In this document: piece after piece, positions 1-12,114 of the stretch
Numbering within the stretch: the first letter of the stretch is position 1
Layout of the letters: every line of letters starts with the position of its first letter
Assembly (NCBI GenBank): GCA_013239625.1
Contig: MU056000.1
Coordinates: forward strand, 9,618,232 to 9,645,324
Direction of reading: 5' to 3'
Source of the DNA: Lama guanicoe
Lineage: Eukaryota
Length of the DNA stretch: 27,093 nucleotides
Made by a program: the position numbers and the translations under genes
Notes under the pieces: model-generated
The model's database searches: none
Told to the model about the DNA's origin: nothing
The model's input: the letters and a program-made list of their open reading frames with translations, nothing else

Positions 1-189
1 CCAATAATATCCTCAGAATCATCTCGTAACTTCAGTAACTCATCAAAACCTTCCTTATGAGTGAAGAATTTCTGAGTAGTAAAGCTGATTCTCTGATGTT
101 GCCTTTGAAAATCTGCTTATGGTCTAAAAGCCTTGCTGAAGCCTCAGTTTTAACATCAAGTTACAGCACAAGGAGAGTTTTGTTTTAGG

Positions 190-1081
190 GGGATTCATCT
201 AGTGTGTGCAGGTGAGACTGAAGTTTGAAGGCACTGAAGGAGAGAGCTTTGAGAAGCCGCTATTAAATTATCTAAGTCTATAGACAAGTGAGGTCTGAAC
301 TAGGGCAGTTGTAGTGGGAGTAAAATTAGGAAGAATGTCTCAAGAGTCATGGTGGAAGTAGATCAATAGGAACCGAATGAATGTGAATACGAAAAAAAAA
401 AAAAAGACTTGAGAACTGGAAGAGAGGTTTGGTCAATTATAGAAATCAGAATTCAGAAGGAGTGTGTTTAAAGGGGATAGGAGATAATCCAGCATGAGGC
501 TCTTTCGGCACTGCTGCAATATTAGGTAGATATGAGCATCAGGAAATTAGAGAATGAGACTCCGAATTCAAACTGAGGTCCAGCATCATCTGCACAAAGG
601 CCATTGTTGAACCCATAGTAGTCATAAGACTAACATTAGAAAGTATTCAACAGGAGGAAGGGTATAGCTCAGTGGTAGAATGCCTGCCTGGCATGCACAA
701 GGTCCTGGGTTCATCCCCAGTACCTCTATTAGAAATAAATAAGTAAATAAACCTAATTATTCCCATCCCCAAAAAATAATGAGGAAAGAAAGTATTCAAC
801 AATAGAAAATGACTGAGAAAAAGGGAGAAATAGACCCCTGCAACTGTCAAGAAAACTCAAGAAAGTGGAAATCCATGAAAAGACAGGACTTTAATAAGAT
901 GTAGTCATTAGAATCAAAAGCTGAAGACAAGTTAAGAAAGGGCTTACTAAATATAGCTTCAGGAAAATATCCATCACCAGAGATTTTTCCATAGAGTGTT
1001 GAAACCAAGCCCAAATTCCAAAGGTTGGAGATTGAATTAACTGTTAAAAAGTGGAGGCAACAAGTATAGAATAATCTTGGG
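190..1081 (-). mobile_element. Ancient LINE-2 (L2) fragment, interrupted by a SINE at 653-786 and cut by the L1 at 1082
   Basis: Purine-rich degenerate sequence with antisense-L2-like motifs, e.g. 'ggtctgaactagggcagttgtagtggg', 'ggaagtagatcaatagga', 'gtggaaatccatgaaaag'. Boundaries approximate. Confidence 0.6.
653..786 (+). mobile_element. tRNA-derived SINE of the camelid vic-1 type
   Basis: tRNA-like head 'gggtatagctcagtggtagaatgcctgcctggcatgcacaaggtcctgggttcatccccagtacct' with Pol III A and B boxes, A-rich tail, and a perfect 15-bp TSD AGAAAGTATTCAACA at 638-652 and 787-801. Confidence 0.9.
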
Positions 1082-3023
1082 TAAAATTGCATCAAAAAAT
1101 AAATAAAATAAAATACTTAGGAATAAATCTGACCAAGGAGGTAAAAAACTTACATGCAGAGAACTACAAAACACTGTTTAAGGAAGTTAGAGATGATTTA
1201 AAGAAATGGAAAGATACCTATGCTCTTGGATTGGAAGAACTAATATTGTTTAAATGTCCATTCTACCCAAAGCAATCTACAGATTTAATATGATCCCTAT
1301 CAAATTACCCAGGAGATTTTTCACAGAACTAGAGCAAATGATCCTGAAATTTATATAGAATCAAAAAAGATCCAGAATGACCAAAGCAATACTTAAGAAA
1401 AAGAACAAGGCTCAAGGCATAACCCTCCCAGACTTCAGACAATACTACAGGGCTACAGTAATGGAAACAGTGTGGTAGTGGCAGAAAAACAGACATGCGG
1501 ATCAGTGGAACAGAACTGAGAACCCAGAAATAAACCCACACACCTACAGTCAATTATTCTTCAACAAATGAGACAAGAATATACAATGGAAAAAAAGACA
1601 GTTTATGCAGCAAATGGTGTTGGGAAAGCAGGACAGCCACATGTTTATCAGTGAAGTTAGAATACAACCTCACATCATATACAAAAATAAACTCCAAAAG
1701 ACTTAAAGACTTAAACATAAGACAAGACACTGTAAAACTCTTAGAGGAAAACATAGGCAAAATATTCTCTGACATAAATCTTAGAATTGTTCTCCCAGGG
1801 CAATCTACCTAGGCAATAGAAATAAAAGCAAAGATAAAATAAATAGCACTTAATTAAACTTATAAGCTTTTGCACAGCAAAGGAGACCATGAGCAAAACA
1901 AAAAGACAATCTACAGAATGGGAGAAAATATTTGCAAGTGATGTGACTGACAAGGGCTTAATTTCCAGAATACATAAACAGCTCATACAACTTAACAACA
2001 AAACAACAAACAACCCAATCCAAAAATGGGCAGAAGACCTAAACAAGCAATTCTCCAATGAAGAGATACAAATGGCTGATAAGTACATGAAAAAAATACT
2101 CAATATAGCTAATTATCAGAAAAATGTAAATCAAAACTACAATAAGGTATCACCTCACACCAGTCAGAATGGTCATCATTAAAAAGTCCACTAACAATAA
2201 ATACTGGAGAGGATGTGGAGAAGAGGGAACCCTCCTACACCATTGGTGAGAATGTAGTTTGGTGCAGCCATTATGCAAAATAGTATGGAGACTGCTTTAA
2301 AAACTAAAAATAAACTTACCCTATGATCCAGCAATCCCACTCCTGGGCATGTATCTGGAGGAAGCTTTAATTTGAAAAGACACCTGCACCCCAATGTTCA
2401 TAGCAGCATTATTTACAATAGCCAAGATGTAGAAGCAACCTAAATATCCATTAACAGATGATTGGATAAAGAAGTTGTGAGATAGATAGATATAGATATA
2501 GATATAGACATACATATACATATAGATATAGATATATAAAACAATGGAATACTACTGAGCCATAAAAAAGAATGAAATAATGCCATTTGAAACATTATGG
2601 ATGGACCTAGAGATTATCATACTAAGTGAAGTAAGTCAGACAGAGAAAGACAAATATCATATGATATCACTTACATGTAGAATCTTTAAAAATGACACAA
2701 ATGAACTTATTTATAAAACAGAAACAGACTCACAGACATAGAAAACAAACTTATGATTACCAAAGGGAAAGGGGTTAGAGAGGAGGGATAAACTAGGAGT
2801 TCGGGATTACCAGATACCAACTACTATATATATAAAATAGATAAACAGCTAGGTCCTGTAGTATAACACAGGGAACTATATTCCATATCTTATAGTAACC
2901 TATAATAAAAAAGAATATGAAAAGGAATATGAGTGTGTACATATATGACTGAAACATTATGCTGTACACCAGAAATTGACACAATATTGTAAACTGAGTG
3001 TACTTCAATTTAAAAAAATAAAC
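1082..3023 (+). mobile_element. 5'-truncated LINE-1: frameshifted C-terminal ORF2, 3' UTR and A tail
   Basis: ORF2 peptides IKYLGINLTKEVKNL...ENYKTLFKE...KKWKD (1087-1293) and [12 protein letters not shown]...[12 protein letters not shown]...[12 protein letters not shown] (1889-2182). Typical 3' UTR ending 'tacttcaatttaaaaaaa'. 15-bp TSD TAGAATAA(T/C)CTTGGG at 1067-1081 and 3024-3038. Confidence 0.97.
2480..2537. repeat. (GATA)n/(GATATA)n/(TA)n compound microsatellite inside the L1
   Basis: 'gatagatagatatagatatagatatagacatacatatacatatagatatagatatata'. Confidence 0.9.
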
Positions 3024-3038
3024 TAGAATAACCTTGGG

Positions 3039-3400
3039 GAATTTGTCATTGAACAAGAAGAGGTTCTTTTGAGAAGACAGAAGAATTTAAGGGACATTTT
3101 AAAATTCTGACATTTTTATAGGCAAAGGGGAAGAAGCAAAAGGGAAGGGAGCTAACAGGAAATGAGGTCCCCCAAACATGCAGCAGGACAGAAGGACAGG
3201 CACAGAGAAATGGGCTGCCCTTAAAATGATAGACAGTCACTTCTAAACTGAAGAACATAAAAGGAAATATAGGGGGAAAGCCTGAGATGCGAAAAGGACA
3301 GTTGAGAGAGACTAAATTAAACGGTTTTAAACTTTTGATAAAGTAGAAAGTGAAATCGTCTTAGGGAATGATGGGGTTGGTTTCTTGCAAAAAATAGAAA
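3039..3400 (-). mobile_element. Probable continuation of the L2 beyond the L1 insertion
   Basis: Same purine-rich degenerate character resumes right after the second L1 TSD; end point uncertain. Confidence 0.4.
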
Positions 3401-3617
3401 GTTTTGAAGCCATCACTACATGGGATGTTATTTTTAAAACAGAGAAGCAGTAAGATACTAATAAAGGATTGCTCATCCAAATTTGCATTTCAGTCAAAAC
3501 TAAACTCTTCTTCCTCACCACTCATTGCATTACTAATGTAATTTTTTAAGGTTAAGTAATTGGCATGTGGTTGTGACTTTCTCCAGAAGTGCTTGCCAAT
3601 TCAAGAAGTGCAGAGAA

Positions 3618-3781
3618 TAAGCAATAAGGATTTAGTGCATAGCACAGAGAACTATATTTGATATCTTGTGAAAACCAATGATGGAAAGTAATCTGAAATA
3701 TACATATATGAAACTGAATCATTTTGCTGTACACCTGAAACTAACACGATATTGTAAATCAACTATACTTCATTTTTTTTT
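3618..3781 (+). mobile_element. Short 5'-truncated L1 3'-end insertion
   Basis: '...aactgaatcattttgctgtacacctgaaactaacacgatattgtaaatcaactatacttca' is an L1 3' terminus, similar to 2830-3010. 12-bp TSD AAGTGCAGAGAA at 3606-3617 and 3782-3793. Confidence 0.9.
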
Positions 3782-4857
3782 AAGTGCAGAGAAAGCAGAT
3801 AGCGCATTACCCTGGGCAGGCACTTGGCATAGTAGTTGTGGATGTAGGTCAGGGTGGGGAGAGAGCCCAGAGTGAAGACAGAGCAGTCTTCAAGTGCCGA
3901 CCACTGGTCATGCAAGCGGACAATAAGTATAGAGGTAAAGGGAACGGTGAAATCCACAGGGATGCTGGATGGAGGTAGAAAGGCAACAGATAAGAACCAG
4001 GAAGAGGAGTCCTGAAAGATGTCAGGGTTCCTCATGTTGGTGGAATACAGACATGAAAAACAAGCTGAGAGTTATCAAACTATAACAAAGACTAAGAAGG
4101 CTGAATTTGTAGCTACTACTATGGGGAAGCTTTTGTCCAACCCTTAATTTTTCCATCCAGGTGGTCTGTTCACCATATGTGTTCACTCTGCCTCACCAGA
4201 GGTGATGTGACTTTCCTGATGGCTGAATCAGAAAGAAAAAGTTGAGAGTGCTTAGATCAGCTTCTCTCTCCTTCCTCTAAGGCGCTAGCTCCCAGAGGAA
4301 AAACACCAACCCTGCTGCCATTTCATGGATGGAGCCAGCTGGCGTCAAGCATCTTCGGCAACTGGGCGAGTAATTGTAACCAGTCCTGGGATTTTAGTCC
4401 ATTCGACTCTCGCACTAAGCTACATCTTCCAGCTTGGCTGTTATTAATCATTTTACCCTCCATCTGCCGTCGGGAGAGAGGCGAAAGAAGGGAACTTTTT
4501 CTTGAAGCTTCTGAGAGACCATAACAGCTCACTGAAACCTCCTGATGTCTGGAATGCTTCTGGCTTATTTCAGGTATAAGCTGTATCTATAAAAGAATCC
4601 CACTTAAAAATCTCCCTTGCTCCTTTCCATGCCTACTTCATGCATGTCATGACCTTAGTCTGGGAGTCATGACTGTTTAGTTCTCTAAGGAATGGTCATC
4701 CATTCCTGGCAATGTAGAGCATCTAACCCAGCCCCAAAGAATAAATTGGATCCAACACCACTAGCTGAGGAAAGCTTGCCAGTGACAGAAAATTATAACT
4801 CCAGACTGGTTCTCGAGAAAAAAAAAAAATGTGTGAAGAAGAATTAAAATTGGTCAC

Positions 4858-4992
4858 ATTTTTTTAACATTTTTATAGATTTATAATCATTTTACAATGT
4901 TGTGTCAAATTCCAGTGTAGAGCACAATTTTTCAGTTATACATGAACATATATATATTCATTGTCACATTTTTTCCTCTGTGAGCTGCCATA
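4858..4992 (-). mobile_element. Short L1 3'-end insertion of a younger, camelid-type subfamily
   Basis: T tract followed by 'tacaatgttgtgtcaaattccagtgtagagcacaatttttcagttatacatgaac' (antisense L1 terminus). TSD AAAATTGGTCAC at 4846-4857 and 4993-5004, each followed by T tracts. Confidence 0.88.
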
Positions 4993-5686
4993 AAAATTGG
5001 TCACTTTTTTTAGATCAAAATAAAATATTGAAGTCAAGAAGGTTAAAAAAAAAAAAGAATGGACCCAAGGTATTTAAATTTGATGTAATAAATTAAAATT
5101 TTTTTTCACGATTAAAGCTCAATTCCCTGTGTAGGTACCTATTAAGGCCCTTGCTTTGGATACATGAATTTATAAATATGCAAAGATCACAGTAGCCATG
5201 GCCCCAGTTCCACGTAAGGAAACAACTTCTACGTGACTGTCTTTATTTTTAACTAGAAAGGTATAAATTCCAATCCAATGCTTAAATTAAGTTTGTATTA
5301 TATGTATGAGTCTTTGAAAACCCTGTTTCTGCCAATGAAATTGTTGCCATAGTAACTAATGCACATCCAAAGAGGGAATAAATGTGCACCAATTTTTTTT
5401 TCCACTTAAAAGGTAAAAATTAAACTAAATAACAACAGATCATGGCCACTTCATTAAAAGGTTGTTCTCTCACATATGGTGTTACAAATCTCACATATCT
5501 TTGAAACAGAGAAATAATACTCTTTCCCACCTCTGTGTGTTCGCACTCAAGGACAAAGAGTAAACAGTCCTTGAACAGAGCTCTGAGAGATTCATGAAGG
5601 ACTCACTAAGCAAATGTAATGTGAAGTAAATGATTGCAATGCATGCTGTATCTTAAATGTCTTTTGTTTTGTGACATAACTAATTC

Positions 5687-5716
5687 AATAATAATAATGA
5701 TAATAATAGTAATAAA
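5687..5716. repeat. Imperfect (AAT)n microsatellite
   Basis: 'aataataataatgataataatagtaataaa'. Confidence 0.8.
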
Positions 5717-5799
5717 CATAGTTAACTCATACATAAGGGAAACACATACACAGAATATTTAGATAATAAAATTATATTAAATTTTATTTAAACTCTAAA

Positions 5800-5985
5800 T
5801 TTCAGGGGTTTACAAGAGACCCTGGATCACAAAAAATAATTATATTCAGCATATATCACAGAACATCCATAAATTAATTTTTTTGCCCTTAATTTGTTTT
5901 GCTGCTGTTTTTATATAAAAAAATTGACAAAATATTTTTAATTGCGCTTAATAAACCATTTTTTCTCTAGTCATGTTGAATCACT
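5800..5985 (-). mobile_element. Possible decayed hAT (Tip100-like) transposase C-terminus
   Basis: With frameshifts the minus strand reads ST-MTREK-NGLLSAIKNILS...AAKQIKGKKINL, reminiscent of the hAT dimerisation motif STM..ERL.GLA...IE...FA..K.RK. Weak. Confidence 0.3.
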
Positions 5986-7394
5986 GTGGTCTGAAAGGAA
6001 AAACGAAATTTATAAATTTCCACATAATAGATTTTCTATTGTTAAAGTTTACTGACTTGTATAAGATAAAATGAGGGAGCCAGAGAAAATGTTAGAATTT
6101 AGATTTTTGTTAATTGAACATGTCCTTCTGTAAGAGCCCACAGTAAACAAATAAATTTAGTGCTAACCCTGAGATTTAATGAAAACATAGAGTCTTTCTA
6201 AAGCCCAATATTAATTCTTTCATTTGATCTCTTCACTGCTATCTATGTTTTATCATTTTCTTTTCTTCCATTTAGAAATACTATCTCCAACAAACATTGG
6301 AGGCATTATGCTTTATATTTTCTGTAACCCACCAACTTTGAAATCTGCGGAATAAAGATATATATACTTTCCTAGTAATCACTCTTGTTGGCATATGCAA
6401 TGGGGAAATAAATAATGTGAAAAAACAGAAATAGGAGAAAATAAAATTGCATATCAAAGGGTGTGAAAATATCATCTATCTTTTATTAACAACTCTAGGA
6501 TAGGAGACAGAGTTCTTTAAACCAAATATTATAGGTACAAATTCAGACACTAAAGCAATGATAAAATAATATAACACAAAGAGAAATTAGATTTAGATAC
6601 CAAACAGATGGGTGATACACAGCCGTTCCCAGAACAGATGCTATAACAATAATTGTTGAATAGTCTTTGGAAATATTTAGGCAACTGCTTTCCATTTATT
6701 GAATGAACTGTATTTAAGATTTAACTCTAATAAATATTGCTACTGCATTCCTGCATGTGCTTATTGGCCAATCTGAAGTGCAATGAATTGAACATTTATT
6801 TCAAAATGTCTGTGGCTTTTAACAATAAAGACGTTCAACCTCATGGACACTGCTGTCATTATCAGATTATGTCCCTAAATGATCATAGTTGGCCATAGCT
6901 TTCCTGGGAATGATTCTACCCTAAATGTGGTTGATTTCTAAACACAGCATTCATTTGAAGTGATCGATGCCTTCCAGGGCCATGTGAAAACCGTGTACCT
7001 TGGCTCCACTTTGGGGCAACCCAATCCATCAGAAATCCAGCCAAGCCCAGAAGACATTTTGGGTTTTGCCATGCATGCTGGAGAACTGACAGCTGATTGA
7101 GGACCAAAGCTCCATTTTAATGAGTCTCCTTGGTCTTGAATCCATCACTGCCAGACTGACAAACATCAAAACTCAGCACCCTCCATTAGAAACTATTTAA
7201 CCTGAAGTCTGCCTGGTGTCAAGAAATGCCAGCCTGGAAGTTTGTAATAATGAAAACTTGTTTAGCTAAGCTGTGAGATCGGGTAACACATCTGCCTCGC
7301 CAATGAGAACCTTGAGGCATTAAACACTGGCTTTCCATTACTTTTAGCAAGTATGAGTAATTATTAAAATTGTGGTTTTTACTATTGAATGTAA

Positions 7395-7500
7395 GAGGCT
7401 CAAGGATGTATTGTATAACATGGGGAATATAGCCAATTTTTTGTAATAACTGTAAATGGTAAGTAAACTTTAAAATTGCAATAAAAATTTTAAAATCATT
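7395..7500 (+). mobile_element. L1 3'-end fragment
   Basis: 'caaggatgtattgtataacatggggaatatagccaattttttgtaataactgtaaatgg...ctttaaaattgcaataaaaa' is a typical L1 3' terminus; no clear TSD. Confidence 0.8.
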
Positions 7501-10500
7501 TAAACTTTTTTAAATTGGAATTTTTTTAGGGTTATCGAGATCTAAACACTGAGTACAGAAACAAAACATAAAAACCTATACATGTAAACTATTTGTGTGG
7601 AAACTGGTATTTCCAGAAACAAACACAAACTCACTCAGCACACAGCACAGGCCTATCCAGGTGGCCTGGACACTAAAGCAAAATTGCCCTTTTACAGTAG
7701 AGACAACTATTGTTGGTAATCTAGTGATGGAGTGAGATCACCCACCATCCTAGCTGCATGGTCCCTAGGATGTGTGGAGAGACACACGTACTGGTCACCA
7801 ATATCGAAGTTCTAATATGCTTCTGAGTATGGCCCAGCCCCCTTGCAGGAGGCAGGAGCTGTGATTATTCTGGACAAGGCATTATGTGTAAGAATAAAGT
7901 TTGCCACATTCTGGCTTGAGGTACGTAAGGCTGGGTATAGGTTTTCTACACTCTTATCCCCTGCTATAGTAATCCACATTTTGAGATTCCAGTGCCATAA
8001 AATGGTGTTGCTTTTGTAAGTCTGGGTCTCTGAGCACCACCAACAGCCAACAGTACATATCAGGAATGTTCTAGAAAATAGTAGTAGGTGATGTCTGACT
8101 ACAAGCGTTGTGATGAGCACTCAAGGCACTGGTTACATCAAGAGCTCTATGGTAAAAAGAAGATGTAGGGCCTCATCCATTGAACCTTTCCAAAGCAGAA
8201 CTTCCTGAATGGGTGTATAAGACTTCACAACTGGAACAGAGAATTGCAGCGAGGGGGTGAGGTCACAGAAACAAGAGAGGTGCTCATTTATCTGAATGGA
8301 GACACAATACAAGAACCATCTAAGCTACTGAAACAAGTCTCTGAAAACTGCCTGTGACTAAGGACAAGCCTTTTACCAAGGCCTGGGAAGGGGAGAAAAG
8401 TAAATCCCAGCTCTGAACAAAGAAGCTTATTCTGAGGCAGAAAACTGATTCAAAAATTTCAATGGAAAAGTTTAAATAAGGTGATCATATGATGATCAAT
8501 TCAATGTTTATTATCAAAATGGTCAAAATTTAAAAAAGAAAAAGAAGCATTCTGTGCTCAAATTGAATTGTACCAATAAAAATGAACACAAATCCTGGTA
8601 CAGGATGCTCAAGCTCCCCTTAGGATAAGTTGGGTAAAGTAGGGGTCCTGGAGCATGTATTTTTTTTAGTGGTCAAATAAAATTATGGGGAGCCAATCCT
8701 CTCTCATGCTGGGTTGATTCTCATAGACCATGGTGTCCTAAATGGGAAAGAGCTTCAGGCAGCAGGAGTTTGTTCAAAGCCAGATTTGTGCCAAGGATAC
8801 TTCATCTACTGGCATTAAAGAAGTCTCTTAGCCCTCCCATCTAAAAAGTTTTTCACAGAAATTTAATGTCTTCAGTATCAACAATCAATTATATCATTTG
8901 ATAACATTTAATAGAATAGTGTTAGTCAATGAAAATCAGTTCATAGAATTTCTTTCTGTTTCCACATACTTAAAGAAATATATTTTCAAAACCATGTCTG
9001 ACTGCTTTTTGAAATACAGGAATGTGTGAAATAAAAGAATGCCTTTACGTATTGGCTTTGGCAAAAACAAATAGAAGCCTCCATTCTTGTGCAAAAATGC
9101 ATGAATTTTGTTTTAGCCAATGAGCCTAGACATGCCAAGAAAGAAAATCAGAAATAACAAAGTAAATTTAGATTTAGACTTTGTCCAGATACAAATGGGT
9201 TTTGCTAAATTTGGAGTCATGAACAGAATTCAGCAAAGCATCCATATTAGTCTTTGAGGTACTAAATCAGCAATTTGACAGATGTGTTTTCTTTACAAAT
9301 TTGCTCTGTCATGTTATAGATAGAACCATATCTAGTTTTATGAATCAAGCTTCAGATGATTTACAAAAGAAGAAAAGGATTGCCAGCGAGGAAGACACCC
9401 TGAGATTTATGAAGAAGAGGTATACGTGAAAAGAAATTGGAATTCCATAGGAAACTAAGTCTTGTGACCAGTAGATCAAATATTTTCTGGACATATATTT
9501 TGACCATTATCTTGCCCAAATAACCACCAAATGGTGAACTCATATTGATCATTGAAGCAAATGTAAGAAGCTGTTAATCAGCTGGTTAAGACAATAATCA
9601 ACTTATAAATAATCAAGTTTTTGATGTATTATTACATACAGACAGACTAGATCCATGTAAAAACAAAGATTTGATTTGATCAACTAGTCAAGAAAATATT
9701 TAAAGTCATTTAAAGAAGTTCTTGTAGTATGTGTTCTTTTACTGACTTAGTTAAAAAGAGTTAAGTTCTTTTATTCTTTATGAATTAGTGCAATATTTTA
9801 TATCTCTGTCTTTCAAGCATAAACGTTAAACTGTCACTTTGGTTGTTCAATAACATGATGGCAAGCATATACACATGGTCATACACATCTTATACACATG
9901 GAACTTTAAAATAACATTCCACTTAAATCAATAGTGTAAAATTTATTGATTTAATTCCATTTTGAGGAGAAGGAAAAATGAACAGTGATGCTTTCTTACA
10001 ACTTATCATTGTTCATACAGAGTTTCAAATTTGTTCATGTTATGTTTATATTTCATTATGTTATAATGAAATCCATCTACTTTATGTCAAACTGATAAAC
10101 AAGCAGGCATGGGAAATTTCAAAGGAACCAGATCATTTTCAAAAAGCCTATAGATGAAAACAGCAGAAAATATTTTGTGGCTAAAGAATTCAAGAACACT
10201 AAACTCTTCTAAAACCATATAGGTTATTTTTTCTAATTATCATAGTATCAAAATACTTGGGATTTTATTCAAATTTCATATTGTTGAAATATGTGGGTGC
10301 ATGTGTGTTGTGCATACAGACCCACACTCAATTATACACATTCACCTGGCACACTCTGTTGCCACAAGTTTCTTAAGCAAAGTGAAATTAATTTACCAGA
10401 AGTGTTCTGGAATATCTTCAAATTATAAAAAATATAAGTAATATAAAATAATAATAATACAAAAATAAAATTAATTACCAACTAAAATACTGAGGTATCT

Positions 10501-10599
10501 GACAGATGCAACCTTCTCACAAAGTTGAATTTCCTCTTCCCTGTAAGTGGGTAGCTTAGTAGCCATTTTTAGGTGGAACATCACTGAGTTTATCCTTTA

Positions 10600-11090
10600 A
10601 GTCAAGACTAGCTTCTCCACCATCCTCTTGGCCTCAAAACTCAAGGCTACAGATGGCAGGTGGACCAACTTGCCAGCTTTCTGGAACAGGATACCAGGTT
10701 TGGTACCTCCAGTCAGGAGAGACATGGGGCTGTGACCCAAGTGCCAAATAGAGAGAAGGTGATAACCAGATGGGAAATATGATATGAAATACAATAAATC
10801 ATAAGTGAGAAGACAAAAGAATGCTGGTTGAGTTAAATGTCCAGAAGAGGAGGCAAAGGACTGGCTACAGGCAGAGTCTATAAGAGACTACTGACTCTCT
10901 ACTAGGAGCAAAACACAGATGGGGAAGGACAGCCAGACGGAGTCCCTGAATCAAAGCTGAGAATCACCTTCCCCCTGGAGTTCTCTCACAGATCAGAGCT
11001 GCATCTTGGTTCTGAGTACACAAGTGGGGTTTCTCCTTATTTTGTATCAGCCTAATCTGAGAAAACTCATACCTTTTCCTTGCTTCTAGC
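10600..11090. mobile_element. Possible ancient LTR remnant, family unassigned
   Basis: About 500-bp block of higher GC within AT-rich DNA, with old LTR-like character; no diagnostic motif pinned down. Confidence 0.3.
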
Positions 11091-11550
11091 TGAGACAAGG
11101 CTGGAGTGCCAAAGGTTTTATTAAGATCAGAGGAGAAAACAAAAGGGAAATTAACAGATGGCCATAAATTCAGGCAATCTGACTTGCCAGGTGAAATAAG
11201 AGATTGAGTCCCTTAGGCCTTTCTAAGTATAGGAGGCTGGAGTCTTTGGATATATATTTCAAAGAAGACCCTGATCTGAAACTACAGTAGGTTCAACTGA
11301 CCATCATAGGCCTCAACAGGATTACCCCATCCTATTCCATGGAGAATTAAAACCTTCCATTTAAAGAATGGTCAAATTTAATTTTTTTAATGAATTCTGC
11401 TGTAACAATTTTAACCTACATTCATTCTTTTGCCCTCTGACTTCTTAATCCACAAATTATGTATATGCTCATTTTGATATTTAATTCTAGATTCTACTAA
11501 ATGATACTATAATTGTTTGATTAATTTTTCAACAAGAAATGACAATAAGC

Positions 11551-11936
11551 TTTTTTTTTTTTTGACAGGAAGGGAGGATTTATTGGTAGTTATGAGTAAG
11601 GAGGGGCAGCGCCAAGACTCTCATGAGTGAAGGGCCCACCATTTGTCCAGGGGGGCACCATTAGGGGTATATTTGGCCCAACAGCCATCTGGCATGAACT
11701 ACTTTTCTGCCATCATGTTTTCAAATTCATCTGCATTAAACTTGGTAAATCCCCACTTCTTCAAGATGTGAGTCTTCTGGTGTCCAGGGAACTTGAACTT
11801 GGCCCTGTAGAGGGCCTCAAGCACATGCTCCTTGTTCTGCAGCTTGGTGCAGATGGACATGATGACTTGGCCAATGTGGACCCTGGCCACTATGCCCTGG
11901 GGCTTTCCAAAGGCACCATGCATACCCATCTGAAGC
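11551..11936 (-). pseudogene. RPL10: Processed partial RPL10 (60S ribosomal protein uL16) pseudogene: last two exons, 3' UTR and poly(A)
   Basis: Translation [104 protein letters not shown] matches the RPL10 C-terminal half. Premature TAG at 11699-11701, native TGA at 11621-11623, AATAAA at 11579-11584, A13 tail at 11551-11563. Confidence 0.97.
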
Positions 11937-11980
11937 CTAGGCTGGGGACAGTATGCCAAACATGAATGTCCACTGGAAAG
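11937..11980 (-). other. Retained 3' part of the RPL10 intron between the snoRNA and the splice acceptor
   Basis: Minus strand 'ctttccagtggacattcatgtttggcatactgtccccagcctag|GCTTCAG'. RPL10 protein similarity starts exactly after the AG. Confidence 0.88.
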
Positions 11981-12114
11981 AGCTGCCTTCAAGGTCCCTT
12001 AGGGCAACCCATACAGATAACAGGCTGCGTACGCTACCGAAGAGAAGACGGTTTGCAACCATCGCACACTGGATCCCACGAGGAAAAAAGCACAGTCAGC
12101 TTAATTGACGGCAG
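11981..12114 (-). ncRNA. SNORA70: SNORA70 (U70) H/ACA snoRNA retrocopy, probably inactive
   Basis: Minus strand CTGCCGTCAATTAAGCTGACTGTGC...CCAGTGTGCGATGGTTGCAAAC...GGTAGCGTACGCAGCCTGTTATCTGTATGGGTTGCCCTAAGGGACCTTGAAGGCAGCT (134 nt) is collinear with SNORA70 as I recall it; SNORA70 is hosted in an RPL10 intron. The ACA position reads GCA and the H-box position reads ACCGTC. Confidence 0.92.

Noticed and set aside
653..730. tRNA gene (Ala-like)
   Set aside because: Followed by a SINE tail and flanked by a perfect TSD; it is a SINE head.
1087..2182. L1 ORF2 ORFs as a functional CDS
   Set aside because: 5'-truncated, with multiple frameshifts and stops.
3770..3781. Poly(T) in place of poly(A) at an L1 3' end, suggesting an inversion
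   Set aside because: T runs after 'cttca' are a common slippage variant of these L1 tails, and the TSD is normal.
11699..11992. 97-aa ORF as a novel RPL10 isoform with a new N-terminus
   Set aside because: Non-ATG start inside the snoRNA end, N-terminus is read-through intron, premature stop, and many CpG-type missense changes.
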